Positions 25,156 through 38,790 of a DNA stretch of 64,000 nt are shown one piece after another. This stretch comes from Basidiobolus meristosporus CBS 931.73 (taxonomy: Eukaryota; Fungi; Basidiobolomycota): positions 62,001-126,000 of the forward strand of contig MCFE01000146.1 in assembly GCA_002104905.1 (NCBI GenBank), written 5' to 3'. The first letter of the stretch is position 1. Each line of letters opens with the position of its first letter. A model generated the notes under the pieces. The model saw only the letters and a list, made by a program, of their open reading frames with translations, had not been told where the DNA came from and searched no databases. The translations under genes and the position numbers were made by a program.

Positions 25156-28094
25156 CATATTCTGTGAGTACCTTGACCAATTTGTGGTAATCAACCCTGA
25201 TGATGCCCTGATCTACTCCAAGTCTCAAGAAGAACATAATTTCCATATGAAGAAAGTCTTGACCAAGCTTGACACCACTTGCCTCTATGCCAAGCTGAAA
25301 AAATGTGAGTTTGACAAGAAAAAGTTGAGTTCCTAGGTGATTGTATAAGCTCAAATGGAACAAGAATTGACCCCCAGAAAGTAGAAGCCATCCAATCCTG
25401 GAAAACTCCCTGTTCTGTAAAAAGAAGTGCAATCCTTCCTTGGATTTGCCAACTTCTACTGTAGATTCATTGCCAACTACTCCAAGAGAGTCACTCCCTT
25501 GACAAAGCTCACCCAGAAAAATCTGCCCTTTGCTTAGAATAAGGCACCATCTGAGTCCTTTGATTCTGTCAGGAAATCCTTTCTGTGTGCCCCACTGTTT
25601 GCTCACCCAGACCTTGAGAGACCTTTTGCTATAGACACTGATGCCTCTACTTTGCCCCTAGTGCCATCCTTTCCCAGTATGATGACTAGAATGTGCTACA
25701 CCCTTTTGCATTCTACTTGTAAGAATTTACTTCAGCTGATGTAAACTATGCTATCTATGAGAAGGAACTAATTGCAATCATTGTTGCCTTTGAACAATGG
25801 AGACACTACCTTGATGGTGCAGCTCAACAAAAATTTTTTCTTTGACCACAAGAACCTCAAGTACTTTACCACCTCAAAAGTACTGAACCAGAGACAAGCC
25901 AAATGGTCCCTCTTCCTGTCTAGCTTTGACTTTGTTATCACCTATAGACCTGATGTGAGACAAGGAAAACATGATGTGCTGTCCAGAAAGATGGAGTATT
26001 CCCTTGAAGTAGGGGATGATGCCTGTTGGTAAATGAAAAACCCTGTACTCAACAAAAGACATTTTGAGCTCCTTGCAGCCCAGTTCTCCAGTATTATAGC
26101 TCCTCTACTGCTTTAGAAAGTCAAGACCAGCCAAGCCACCATGGTAACATTTAAGAAATACCTCAAGTCTCCCACTGACCCACCACCAAAGTTCCCAAAC
26201 CTCCAGCACCTACATCTAGTCAATGACATCATCTATCACCAGCACCAACTGTTTGTCCCAGACCTTGATTCCCAGTCAGGTATCATCCACTCTTGCCATG
26301 ATGCAATGGCTGCAGGACATTTTGGTACTGCCAAAACTATGAATGCAATCAAGAGGGACTTCTGGTGGCCCAAGATGATATCCCTTGTCAAGGAGTACCT
26401 CCAATCCTGTGACACATGAACTCATGCAAAATATGCAGACACCAGCCATATGGACTTCTTCAACCCTTGCCAATTCCTGACCAGCAATGGAAGTCAACTT
26501 CAATGAACTTCAGAACCAACCTCCCAGAGTCCAACCAATTTAATTCAGTCCTGGTAGTGGTAGATAGACTCACAAATATGGCTCCCTACTTTCCCTGCTC
26601 CAAGAATGTATATGCCAAGGAGACTGCCCACCTAATAAACAAGAACATTTTTGGGCTCCATGGTATCCCAAGTTACATTATATCTGATAGAGGACTTCAG
26701 TTCATATCAAATTCTGAAAATACTTTGTGCAATATCTTGGTGTGCAAGTCAAGCTCTCAACTGCTTTCATTCTCAGTCCAATGGTCAGACAGAGAGAATT
26801 AACCAGATCCTTGAACAATACCCCTGGTGCTATATCAACTATCAGCAAGACAACTAGACCCAGCTGCTACCACTTGCAGATTTTGCCTACAACAACTCAT
26901 GTTGAAGTGCAACTGGTCTCACACCATTTTATGCAAATTATGGTTTTCATCTGCAATTTGATATTCATATTCCAACAAACCCTGTGAGCCCCCCATCAGC
27001 TGAACATGCATCAACAATTTTAGAAATCCAAGAAACTCTGAAGAAAGAACTTTTCTTAGTCCATGAGTGGTACAAGAAGTTTGCAGACAATAAACAGCAG
27101 CCTAGCCTCAAGTTTAATGGAGCAGATTCAGTATGACACTTGAGAAGAAACATTGTTACCAGCTGCCCTTGTGACAAGCTAGGCTACACAAAACTAGGGA
27201 CATTCAAGATCAAGAAGAAGCTTAGTCCAGATGTATACCAACTACAGTTGGCACCAAGTATGAAAATCTATGACACATTCCATGTATCCCTACTACTACC
27301 ACTCCATGAACTTACGCTACTCAACCAGCACCCAGCAAATCCCCCAGCCATCCAAATAGACAAATACCAAGAGTTTGAAGTTCAGCAAGTGTTGGATTCA
27401 AAGTACATCAGATCCCAACTTCACTATTGGGTAGACTGGGTGGGTTACAGCCCAAATGATCAAACTTGGGAGCCAGCGGCAAACCTAACAAACTGCCAAG
27501 ATCTAGTTACACCATTTCATCATACATACCCTTACAAGCCAAAGCCATAAGCTTGAGGAGAGCCCCTCAAAAGAGGAGAATAGTGTCATGATCACATGTC
27601 ACAATTGGCCTTCAATTATCAAGCCAAATCAAGTCAGCCAAGAAATCCAAGTTCTTTCTAGAAAGTTCTACTACATTCTAGCAACTTCTTGAAAGCTCCA
27701 AGTCAATGTTACACCATGGAACATTCCATGGAAGCTTCCCACTGGAGTCTATGTAGTCCCATACCCTTTATGGGAACTTCATGTCATATGACCTGGTCAC
27801 ATGATCAGCCAACCCCTGACATATCCCCATGTGATATTCCAGTTTGCTCTTTAGTAAATTTCTATCTTGGCACACTAACTGTGCCTCACGCCAGAACTCA
27901 ATCAGTATTAGCCAATATCTCTTGGCATCCAAATTGCCCAAAAGTATATATAGTCCTATTCTGCCTTTTGTATTCCTCAGTTGGATATGCACAGGTCCTG
28001 AATAAGCAGCCTTGTCTTGTTGATCCACACCTAAGTCCTTTCCTGGTCCTGCCTTGCCCAGCCCTACTCTCCTGCCTTGTGTCTATTTATAACA
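25156..28094 (+). mobile_element. 5'-truncated chromoviral Gypsy (family A): RT C-term, RNase H, integrase, chromodomain, PPT, complete 3' LTR (27,584-28,094)
   Basis: HSCHDAMAAGHFG..KT and WWPKM..CDT zinc-binding domain. Chromodomain EFEVQQVLDS..HYWVDWVGYSPNDQTWEPAANL. PPT AAAAGAGGAGAATAG; LTR TGTCATG...TATAACA. Confidence 0.92.
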
Positions 28095-28149
28095 TAAGCC
28101 TGCTGACTATTGCACCTGCTTACCTTGTTGCATAAGTTATCCCTAACTG

Positions 28150-30063
28150 CATGTAAGACTACTAGAGGTGTGTCTATGATGGACAAGTACCTGCACCAGT
28201 ACACATGACTCATGACCAATCCATATCACTATCACTACCATTTTCATACCATATATGGTATCCCCATGTGACATATTTTCAAATACGGATTCCGGATTGG
28301 TCGGATGTGCTGTGCCTCTTGGAACCTTCCAGCATCTACTTAGAACATTCTTAGCTCATTCTGATGTCAGTTGGGAGAAAAACAAGACAAAGCCATGCAG
28401 TTGCTGAAAGAGGCCTTAGTTTCTACACCAGTTCTAAGACCTCCTGAATATCAGAAAACTGAATTCCCACCTATATTGGCAGTTGGTGCCAGCCCTATGG
28501 GAGCTGCAGCACCTTTTGGTCAAGATGACCAAGATGGCAACCACTATACCTGCAGATATGAAAGCTGCCTATTCTCTCCTAGAGAAGAAAGGTACTCAGA
28601 GATCAAGAGAGACTTCCTGGGAGTTGTGAGGATGCTGAGCAAACTGAAGTTATAACTCTACATGACACACTTCATGCTGAAGACAGATGCCAAACCACTT
28701 TTAGGAATGATTAACAAGCCTGACCTACCACATAATGCAACAAGCTGTTGGATGGCATGGATGAAGATGTTTGACTTTGAAGTCAGATGTAGCGCTGGCA
28801 CAACAAATGTTTTGGCTGATGCACTCTCTAGGAAGGGACCACAACTATTTGAAGACTTGGACCCTGACTTTGATGATATGATTGATGCAGAGGTCCAACA
28901 GTTTGTTTATGACAGAGGAAAGATGACATAAATGCACATTGCATTTACTACAGCTCATCATCCTCAAACAAATAGAATGGTATAGAGAGGACATGGACCA
29001 TTGATGAACTCTCTGGTCAAGACCAATGGGAATAATACAACACTGTGGCCACAGCAATTGTATCTTACACTCTGGGCAGATAGCATTACTATCAAGACAA
29101 TGGTTGGATTATTGCCATTTAAGCTATTCTTTGGACATGACTGTATACTACCAGTTGAATCAGACAAAGTCACCTGAAACACTTTGGATTGGAAATCTAA
29201 TATTCAGACTGAAGACCTCCTAGCCACTTGTACACAGCCAATTGTTCACCATTACTTAAATGTCAATAGTTATGCTCAACAACTCAGGGATACACAGCAG
29301 AGGGACAGAGTGCCCTTTGACAAGTCACACTCAAATGTTCAAAAACCATTTTCACTAGGAGACCCAGTGTTACTGTATGACTCTACCTTTGACAGACAAT
29401 GGAGTTGGAAGTTTGACAACATATGGACTGGCCCTACCTCATTTCCAAAGTGATTGGAAATGCAAGCTACCACATATCTGAGCTTGACAACTTCAAACTA
29501 AGACTACCAGCTGAAGGCAACTAACTTCAGTTATTTAAGCACAGGAACTTTGCACATCTATATCAGTTTGCTTTGACCTAAAATCAAAGCTGAGAGGGGG
29601 GTGGATGTAGTGGGGTCACAGTGACAAATAGTGATAGATGTGCTCATTCCCATATTTTCTACTTGCATATTTTTCTACTACCCTTATTTTAGTATTATAC
29701 CATTTGTCGTACTTGATTAGTACTATCCCATGAGTCAGCAACTATAATATCTGCTTACCTTTGTGCATAGGTTATCCCAGACTCTATGTATTATTACTAA
29801 AAGTAGGTGCTTCTATATTAGGCAAGTACCTGCACCAATACCCATAACACTTGGCCAATCTGTGCCTCTATTCTGACCACTTTCATACTATATATGGTAT
29901 CTCTATGCTACATAGGTTTCAGATGAGTGATACCTAATTGATTGGATGCGCTGTGCTACTTAGAACCTTCCAGTATCTACTTAGAGCGCTCTTAGCTCAT
30001 TTTGATGTCAATTGAGGTTCTATTGATATCCAGAACCTTCTAGAACACCATGATCAGTAATCA
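28150..30063 (+). mobile_element. Internally deleted Gypsy family D fragment: LTR piece, RNase H, integrase piece, PPT and partial 3' LTR
   Basis: RYSEIKRDFLGVV, KTDAKPLLGM, NVLADALSR and AHHPQTN motifs. PPT AGAGGGGGGTGGA, then TGTAGTGGGG at 29,606. The LTR stops after ~460 bp. Confidence 0.85.
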
Positions 30064-30099
30064 TTATCACAGTGCCTACAGTGAATTTAGAGTGTTAAT

Positions 30100-30750
30100 A
30101 GGCATACCAAGAGGTTGCAGCACTTCTTCAAGGGCAGTAGTTAAAAAATGCACTTACATATTGCAAGGATTTATTGCAAAGAAAGGCAGATGAAGTGCTA
30201 TACCTTGCAGTGCTGGCTGCAGGTCAGGACCTATGGGAACTAGTGGGTGAAAAATGGCATAAAGCCATATGGTTCCTACCAAAGTCAAAACAAAAGTGTG
30301 CCCTGCCATATATATTTATGGAATAGTGGATTTTAATGGAACTTCTGTATGAGTATAAGGTTGGGCACAATGCTGGTGTGGGGCACAGGGAGTTGTATAA
30401 GGCAGTATAACTAGCAATTGAGTTACAACTGATTATTCAATGGGTTCAATCAATTTGTATGCTTGAGAAATACAAGCAGCATCTGGATCAGGATGTACAG
30501 AGTGTGAAAAAGAGGCAATAACCAATTGACTTAAACAAACAATGGAGGTGATTGAGTGTCCATGATCAAAATCTGGGACAATTGGTAAATAAGAAATCAA
30601 AAGCTACAAATGTAAAGTTGTGAGGAAGACTTTTGACTCAGCTTGCTGCAAAACTGATAGAGGTGAAGGCAAAGGACATAAAGTCTATCCAAGCCTTAAT
30701 CTGATAAGTGTGGCAAAAAGCAGTAGTTGTCACCAGTTAGCACTGTCAAC
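30100..30750 (-). pseudogene. N-terminal region fragment of the EnSpm-like family
   Basis: Nucleotide homology to 40,140-40,550 and 48,780-49,190 (GTGGATTTTAATGGA, GCAATTGAG.TACAACTGA). Confidence 0.6.
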
Positions 30751-31689
30751 CTAGACTTGCTCTTCACCCATTATTGCACTCATTTCTTGATTTTGCATTT
30801 GCTATTGAAACACAAATGAAAGATTAAGAATTTTCTACTTTGAAGGACTAAAGCTTCAGACCCTGACAAGCAATCCTCTGGAAAGCATTATATCATGTAT
30901 AACACTCAGTAGCCAACATATGTTTTCAATACAGCTCATTTGAAGCATTACTTAAGGAGTTATGATCAACAGATTCCAATTACCATAAATACCAGGCCTC
31001 TATTGCTTGAATTACAATGGGGAATTTGATTGCATGTATCTTTTAAATCAGCCAATCAAATCACATCTAATACTTACAGGAGCTGTGCATGTGTCCTCTC
31101 TGCACCACTGCAAAATTTAGCTTTGTAGCATGTATACTGCTTGGACAATGCCCCAAAACCTTTGATCCTTCAGAACTTTTATATATATGAATTCCCCAGC
31201 TGAAAAATAAAGGAGTGCATCTCTTTCCAGAATCTCCACACTATAATCACAAGTTTAAAGGCTATATGACTTCCCCTGCATTGCTTGCACTGTTGTGTAT
31301 TCTGACCCTGATTGGTACTACATCAGTAAAGAGATGGCATAGCTCACAAGAATCCAATCTAAGTTCCACAAGAAAGCTACCACTTTTCTGTTGGAAAAGT
31401 CCCACATATGAAGCCCCTTCTCTATAAAAACCCCTTTAGAGACCCCTTTAAGAAGTCCCATTACACTAAAGAAGCCACTTTAGAGACCACTGCAAGAAGC
31501 CCTTTACTGTTAAGACACCTTGTTAAACATCCCTTTGGGTCTAAAGACCCCCTTAGAGACTTCTACACCACACTCCTTCAGGTTAGAGGGGAGACCAGAA
31601 CTTCTACATTAGGATATGCTTCTGAGAAAGGAAAGTCATTTCTAAATAAGGGAAGTTTCTATAAAAGCAATAAGCCCAATAGTCTAAAG

Positions 31690-34600
31690 TATTGTAAGAG
31701 TCTTGGAGATATTGGAAGTGATTGGGAGGACAAGTAGATTATGTGGTTTTCACTTAATGATTTATTGAATGTAAAAGTAGTATTTATACTTTTACCTGAT
31801 CTTGGCATTACAAACATGTAGAATAGGTTAAGGAAGGTCCCAAGAACATGTGTGCAAAATTTGGGTCTGTTTGGACAACTTTGAGAATTTTCATGTTCTG
31901 TGTACCTGGTATTTTGGTGAAAATATTCCAAGTAAATCCCAACAAGGAATTTGGTCAGTATTCTCTAGGATTTGAAGGTAATGATCTAAGGGACTAAGTT
32001 AGGTGAATATTTAGGTGGAAATACAAACTTTTTACAACACTCCCACTCAGCTAAATGCTCACACTGACTAGTCCTAATTTTGACCTATGATATTCAAACT
32101 TGTCTCTAGCTAATGGTTTGGTAAATATGTCGGCAATCATTTCATCTGTAGGACAGTAAACTAAGCTAACTAAGTTATTCTTTATAGCTTCACGTATGAA
32201 ATGATGTCTAATATCTATGTGCTTGGTTCTAGCATGAAAAGTTGGATTTCTACCTAATTGTACACATCCTTGATTATCTTGAAATAAAGTAATAGGCGTT
32301 TTTTGACATAGGCCTAAATCTGTAAGCAGCTTTCTTAACCACATTGCTTCTTTTGTAGCTTCACAGGCTGCCATATACTCTGCCTCTGTGGTGGAAAGTG
32401 CTACGGTTGGTTGCTTTCTTGAATTCCATGAAATTGCTCCTTTACAGTAAAGAAAGGTGTATCCTGTGGTGGATCTTCTGTCTTCCAAATTTTGTCCCCA
32501 ATCTGCATCAGAGTATCCCACAAGATCTTGTTCTGAGTCCTTATAAGTGTATCTTAAGCAAATATCAGTAGTTCCTTTTAGGTATCTAAAAATCCGCTCA
32601 ACTGCTGCAATATGATCAGATCCATAGTTCTGATTATGTTGGCAGACAGCTCCCACTGAATATAAGATATCTGGACGTGTTCTAAGCATGATATACATCA
32701 GACTGCCAACCATAGATTGATAAAGAAAGTCAGGGCTTTCCAATGGCACCAAGCTCTCTTGATTTGGTTGAGTTTTGACCAAGTCAAGGTTTGTCTCCAT
32801 TGGGGTAGCTGCCGGTTTCCAGTCTTCCATTTTGTACTTCTTTAGTATATCTTGAATATACTTGGATTGGCTTAGGGTAGTAGTCTGGGTACTTCTGTCT
32901 ATGGAGAACTTAATCCCTAAGTAGTAACTAAGTTCTCCTAAATCAGACATCTTGAACTCCTTAGATAGGCTGGATTTAGTTTCTTCCAATGTTTCTAGGT
33001 TATTGGCGGCTATAATAAGATCATCCACATATAGAGCTAATAGAACTGGATTTGCTCTATCTGGCTTATAGTACATACTATGGTCAGCATTACTTCTTTT
33101 GAAACTCAAAGATTCCAAATAAGAATCTATCTTGCAATTCCAGGCTCTCAGCAATTGTTTGAGACCATATAGTGACTTTTTAAGCTTGCAAACCAAATGG
33201 GGGTTATCTTGGTCAGCAAACCCATCAGGCTGGTCCATATACACGTCCTCATCAAGTTCTCCATTCAAAAATGCAGTTTTTACATCCATTTGATGAATAA
33301 AAAACTTATATTTGGCTGCAATAGCCAATATTAATCTGATGGAATTAAACTTGGCTACAGGTGCAAAGGTCTCAGTATAGTCAAGTCCTTTTGTTTGAGA
33401 GTATCCTTTGGCCACAAGTCTTGCTTTGTATCTTTCAATTGTACCATAAGCCTTGTATTTTGTCTTGTAGACCCATCTGCATCCAATTGATTTTTGGTTG
33501 TTTGGTAATTTGACTAAGTCCCAAGTTTGATTTTCCATCAGTGCCTGTTATTCCTCAGTCATTGCAGATCTCCAAAACTTTGTCTGAGGGCTATTTAGGG
33601 CCTCTTTTACAGTCTGTGGTTCATCAATATGGACTGAATAGGCATAGGCTAAGTTTGTACCCTCATTGATATTGAAATTTGGGCTATTTCTTGTCCAATT
33701 GGATCTCCAGGCATTTGATACTGGAATGATCACTTCTGGGATATTCCTGGGCACTCATTATGGCTGAACCATGGTTGTAGAGTCCTCTGGAGTGAAAAAA
33801 TTTTCATTGTTTTGCTCTGATTCAATCCTGACAATTGGTGGACTTGAGATCAAATTTTTGTCATCATCTGATGTCATTTTTTGTGAGAATTTTGAATTTT
33901 CATCAAACAACACATCCCTAGACTTGATCAGCTTCTTTTCTTTGGTATTGTAGAGTCTGTATGCCTTACTCTCATTGCAGTAGCCCAAAAATATGTATTT
34001 TACACTTTTTGGCTCAAATTTTGACTGATTTCCGGCCAGTTTTTTGGCATATGCTGTACACCCAAATATTCCTAGATCTTTTGCACTTGGTCTGTATCCA
34101 TACCATGCTTCAAATGGAATAGAATCACAAAGTATTCTGCTGTAACTCCTATTTTTAAGATATACAGCAGTGGCAACTGATTCCACCCATAAATCATAGG
34201 ATAATTTTTGATCATGGATCATAGATCTTGCCATATCAATTATTGATCTGTTAGCTCATTCTGCTACTCCATTCTGCTGTGGGGAGTATGGTACAGTAGT
34301 CTCTTGCTTTATCCCATGAATTTTGCAGAAGTGGAAGAAGAGTTTTGAGGTATATTCTCCACCAATGTCAGAGCGTATTTTCTTGATTTTTCCACCAGTT
34401 TCTCTCTCCACCATGGCTTTGAACTCCCTGAGCTTAGACAGAGCTCCTTCCTTTCTCTCCATGAAGTAGACCCATGTGTATCTTGTATAATCATCAATAA
34501 AAGTGATTAAATACTTCATCCCACCTAAGGATAAATTTTGCATAGGTCCACACAGATCTGAGTGAATCAGATCTAATTTTTTCTTAGTTTTGATTAACCC

Positions 34601-36374
34601 AGAGCTCTTCAACAGTTGTCTGGCTTGTTTCCCATATATGCAGGCTTCACAGTGCTCCAAATTAGCTGGGGGATCAATTTTCACTCCAGAAATTAGCTGA
34701 TCTTTGATCATTTTGCGCAAATAATCAATATTGATGTGCCCAAATCTCCTGTGCCAAAGCATTGGTGTTTCTTCATTTGAGTTACTTATATTGGCTTCCA
34801 GATATGATGGAATATAAGTCAACTTGTATAGATTCTGATCTCTGATGCCCGAAGCAATATGGGCACCATTTTGATCAGTGATCCTGCATCCAGAATGGTC
34901 AAAACTGAAACTGAGTCCTTCTGCTGTGGCCTAGCTTACAGAGAGTAGGTTCTTGGCTATTTCTGGTACATAGATTACTTCTTTAAAGGTGAGTGTATGG
35001 CTTCCTTAACTGCTTCTAAGGTTTACTTGGATAGTTTCTTCTCCCACTGCATCAAGTGTTCTATCATCACCCATGAAAACCTTCTTAAATGGAATTTCTT
35101 GATATTGGGTAAAAAGTTCTTTTTGGTGTGTAAAGTGTTGAGAAGCTCCGGAGTCAATATACCACGTCTGAGAATCCTTGTTTGTGGTCATATTTAGTGC
35201 AGAAATGAATAGTCTATCTTCAGTTGTTGCAGCATTTCCATATTCAGGCTTCTTTGCTGATTATCTTTGTTTTTTAGACACCGGTCTGATGTGTGTCCTT
35301 TCTATTTGCAGTAGTTGCAAAATAGGTTGCTGTTGCCTTTGTAGGGTCTTGGGTACCTCCTTTGTTGGTTATCATTGCTTATTAAAGCATTCTCTTCTTC
35401 CTTCTTATTGGCGCTTGATTTTCTTAATTCTTCATCCAGGAGCCTTCCATATACATAATTTAAGGTCAAATCTTCAGTTCTGGACTCTAGGGCTGATACA
35501 AGGCCCTGAAACTTGTCTGTCAGGCTATTCAGGATGGTAACTATCACATCCTCATCAGTAGTTGGTACGCCCACAGATTCCATCTCATCTACCAGCAGGG
35601 TAATTCTGTTAATTAGATTTTTCATTTCTTCTCCTGGTAGCATCTTTGTAGTAAAGAATTTTTGTCTCAGATACATTTTTGTGGCAGCTGAACATGACTG
35701 TAGGTGTCTTCCAATGCTTTCCAGGCATTCTTTGCCATTTTTGCTCTTGAGCATTGAATTAGCAATTTGTCTTTAACATTAAGGCAAATGCAGTTAAAGG
35801 CACTTTGTTCTTTCTTCTAGTACTTTAAGGCTTCCTCTCCCATGTTTTTAGGAGGGCATTCTTCTCCCATGACAATATCCCAAAGGCCTCTTTCTTGTAG
35901 CAGCATCTTCATCTTCACCTTCCACACTTGGTAGTTAGATCCGTCCAACTTTTCAGCAGAGGGAAAAAATCCAGTAATAGCAGTAGTAGACATTGCAGAG
36001 AGTGACAGCTTGGAGCTCATAACCTGTTGTAAGAGTCTTGGAGATATTGGAAGTGATTGGGAGGACAAGTAGATTATGTGGTTTTCACTAAATGCTTTAT
36101 TGAATGTAAAAGTAGTAGTTATATTTTTACCTGATCTTGGCATTACAAACACGTAGAATAGGTTAAGGAAGGTCCCAAGAGCATGTGTGCAAAATTTGGG
36201 GCTGTTTGGACATCTTTGAGAATTTTCATGTTCTGGGTACCTGGTATTTTGGTGAAAATATTCCAAGTAAATCCCAACAAGGAGTTTGGTCAGTATTCTT
36301 TAGGATTTGAAGGTAATGATCTAAGTGACTAAGTTAGGTAAATATTTAGGTGGAAATACAAATTTTTTACAACA
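31690..36374 (-). mobile_element. Complete Ty1/Copia retrotransposon (4685 bp), pol inactivated by several stops
   Basis: 350-bp LTRs at 36,025-36,374 and 31,690-32,039 (about 15 differences by eye), with TGTTGTAA/TTACAACA ends. PBS GGTTATGAGC; PPT GAGTGGGAG; 5-bp flanks TAAAG/TTAAG. Order is gag, protease (WYIDSGAS), integrase (WHRRFGH, HSDLCGP), RT, RNase H. Confidence 0.96.
32051..33538 (-). CDS. Open 495-aa Copia RT + RNase H
   Basis: YKARLVAKG, HQMDVKTAFLNG, LYVDDL, YSDADW and STTEAEY motifs are all intact. Confidence 0.95.
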   Translation of the reverse strand: MENQTWDLVKLPNNQKSIGCRWVYKTKYKAYGTIERYKARLVAKGYSQTKGLDYTETFAPVAKFNSIRLILAIAAKYKFFIHQMDVKTAFLNGELDEDVYMDQPDGFADQDNPHLVCKLKKSLYGLKQLLRAWNCKIDSYLESLSFKRSNADHSMYYKPDRANPVLLALYVDDLIIAANNLETLEETKSSLSKEFKMSDLGELSYYLGIKFSIDRSTQTTTLSQSKYIQDILKKYKMEDWKPAATPMETNLDLVKTQPNQESLVPLESPDFLYQSMVGSLMYIMLRTRPDILYSVGAVCQHNQNYGSDHIAAVERIFRYLKGTTDICLRYTYKDSEQDLVGYSDADWGQNLEDRRSTTGYTFLYCKGAISWNSRKQPTVALSTTEAEYMAACEATKEAMWLRKLLTDLGLCQKTPITLFQDNQGCVQLGRNPTFHARTKHIDIRHHFIREAIKNNLVSLVYCPTDEMIADIFTKPLARDKFEYHRSKLGLVSVSI

Positions 36375-38137
36375 TTAAGAAGGTCAGAACATTGCTATAG
36401 AAGTGAGAAACACTGCCTATGGTATATTTTAGCCTAAGATTGAGGAAATTAGTGAAAGTTATATCTTTTACTGGTATATCAAGCTCCCAGTAAACTATTC
36501 CAGCATTAGCATACTGGAGGTTGTTGTATATTGTTGATTAGCCTCTACACTGTAGAACAAGCCACAAACTAATCATAATACAACACAACAGATCATGTGG
36601 AGAAAGGCACCTCCTACACCACAGCCTTAAAATCACTCCATCTAGACAGTGGGGAGATCCCCTAGCCACAAAAGTAACAACATCAAGTAGTCAGAGCAGT
36701 TTCACAATGCCTATAATGTCAATACACTCAAAATACACTTTATTGGCTGTATTTAAAGCTAATAATGAGTGTTGTGCCAGATAGCACTGGTGGACCAAGA
36801 CAGAGCTATGTATTTGTCAGCTATGCTGCCAATACCTAAAGCTGGGTATCATTCACAACATGGACTCTCAAAATGGGCTAGAGAATGTTTTGTACCCCTG
36901 TGAAAAATAACTTGGTCCATGGGCAGATCCAATCTGGATCAGCCATCAGGATCCCATATAGAAGATGTCATAATATCAGCAGCTTAGAATTAGTGATCCT
37001 CTTGACAATTGTTCAACAGGATAACAACAGCTTTAGCTAATTTTTCTGCCAACTAAAGTGAAAAAACTTGACAGGGTATGATTTGTGTTCTAGTGATAAA
37101 TGTATGGCATCGTTGTGGTCTTAATGCACTCAACAACTATTTTAAATAGATCTAGCTGGCCAGTATATCCAATTGCCTTATATGGCAAAAAACTTGAAAG
37201 TATTTTGACAACCTCATTACAAGTCTATGATGGCATTATCATGGCAGTATGGTGGCCAACAGCCAGTTCTGTAAAATGCTACCTTACAAATTTACCAAAT
37301 GGTATATCCTTTTTCTACCTCCCCTTGCACATTTCATATATTGCACTGTAAAATCACCTCTTGTTATTTGCTTACGCATTACTACCTTGGGTATTCCACA
37401 TATGGCTCAAATAAAAAAAAACTATGGCCACCTGCTTATTATCCTCTACAAACACACACAACTGCCACAATATACATACTTCTTTCACCTCAACTTTACA
37501 GCTTTTTAGTGTGATACTTGCAAAGCTGCCATATACCTTGTACTGCTGGTAACATATAGACCTTGCAAACATATGCTTAGTTGCCACCACTTCTGCCATG
37601 AATACCTCCCAAATATCCTCAAAGAACTTTTTGGCATTTGGCCAATATATTCCTTCTCCCTTCTGGATTCAAGTCCCCCTTGCAGGTGCGCTCTGGCTCT
37701 TGTTTATGTGAATTCCATATTGAATGGTAAAGAAGTGGCTTGTGACCAAGAGGAACCTGGCATACTTTGATTGAGCTTTCCTAATAAAATTAGTTGCTGG
37801 TGTACGCATCCCAACTTTGCATTGCTTATCTGCTTCTGGATAAATATTCCTACAATGTCCACATGTAGCTCCAAATACTTCCAATGTACTCTTGGTAGGA
37901 ATGGCCTCAGAATGTCACTTCAATACATACATATCCAGTCCATCCGGTCATTTTGTTTGTATTGTTGCATATGCATATGAATATTTATTAGAGTCTGCAA
38001 GAGGTATGTAGGGTAGCAGATACTTTGTAATACTTTGCCAATTCTTTCAAACCTCTCCAGTATCTCAAATGGCTCATTTATTTTGAGGAACCTCATGTAC
38101 AAGTTAGTCATCAGTATTAGAATATTGTTGAGAAGCA

Positions 38138-38790
38138 AATGGTATGGTAGTCTCTTGCTTTATCCCATGAATGTTGCAGAAGTGGATGAAGAATATTGAG
38201 GTATATTCTCCACCATTGTCAGAGTGTATTTTCTTAATTTTTGCACTAGTGTCTCTCTTAACTGTGGCTTTAAGCTCCCTGAACTTACACAGAGCTTCTT
38301 TCTATCTCTCCATGAAGTAGACGCACATGTATCTTGTGTAATGATCAGTAAAAGTGATTAAATACTTCATCCTGCCTAAGGATAAGTTTTGCATAGGTCC
38401 ACACAGATCCAAGTGAGTTACTCTAGTTTTTCTTAGTTTGGATTAACCCAGAGCTCTTGAACAGTTGTCTGGCTTGTTTCCCATTTATGCATGCTTCACA
38501 GTGCTCCAAATTAGCTGGGGATTAGTTTTACTCCGGAAATTAGCTGATCTTTGATCATTTTGTACATTTAATCCAACTTGATGTGCCCAAATATCCTGTG
38601 CCAAAGCATTGGTGTTTCTTCATTTAAGTTACTTACATTGGCTTCCAAATATGATGGAATATCAGTCAACTTGTCTAGATTGTGATCCCTGGCATTCAAA
38701 GTAAAATAGGCACCATTTTGATCAGTGATCTTGCATTCAGAACTGCCAAAGCTGATACTGAGTCCTTCTGCCATGGCCTTGCTTACAGAT
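38138..38790 (-). mobile_element. LTR-less internal Copia fragment (pre-integrase + integrase core)
   Basis: High similarity to 34,290-34,945 ([22 protein letters not shown]). Confidence 0.9.

Noticed and set aside
35817-36266. 149-aa ORF starting within the Copia LTR (also 31,659-31,931 and 42,215-42,535)
   Set aside because: Read-through from LTR sequence into gag; the real gag start is likely near MSSKLS/MSTTA just after the PBS.
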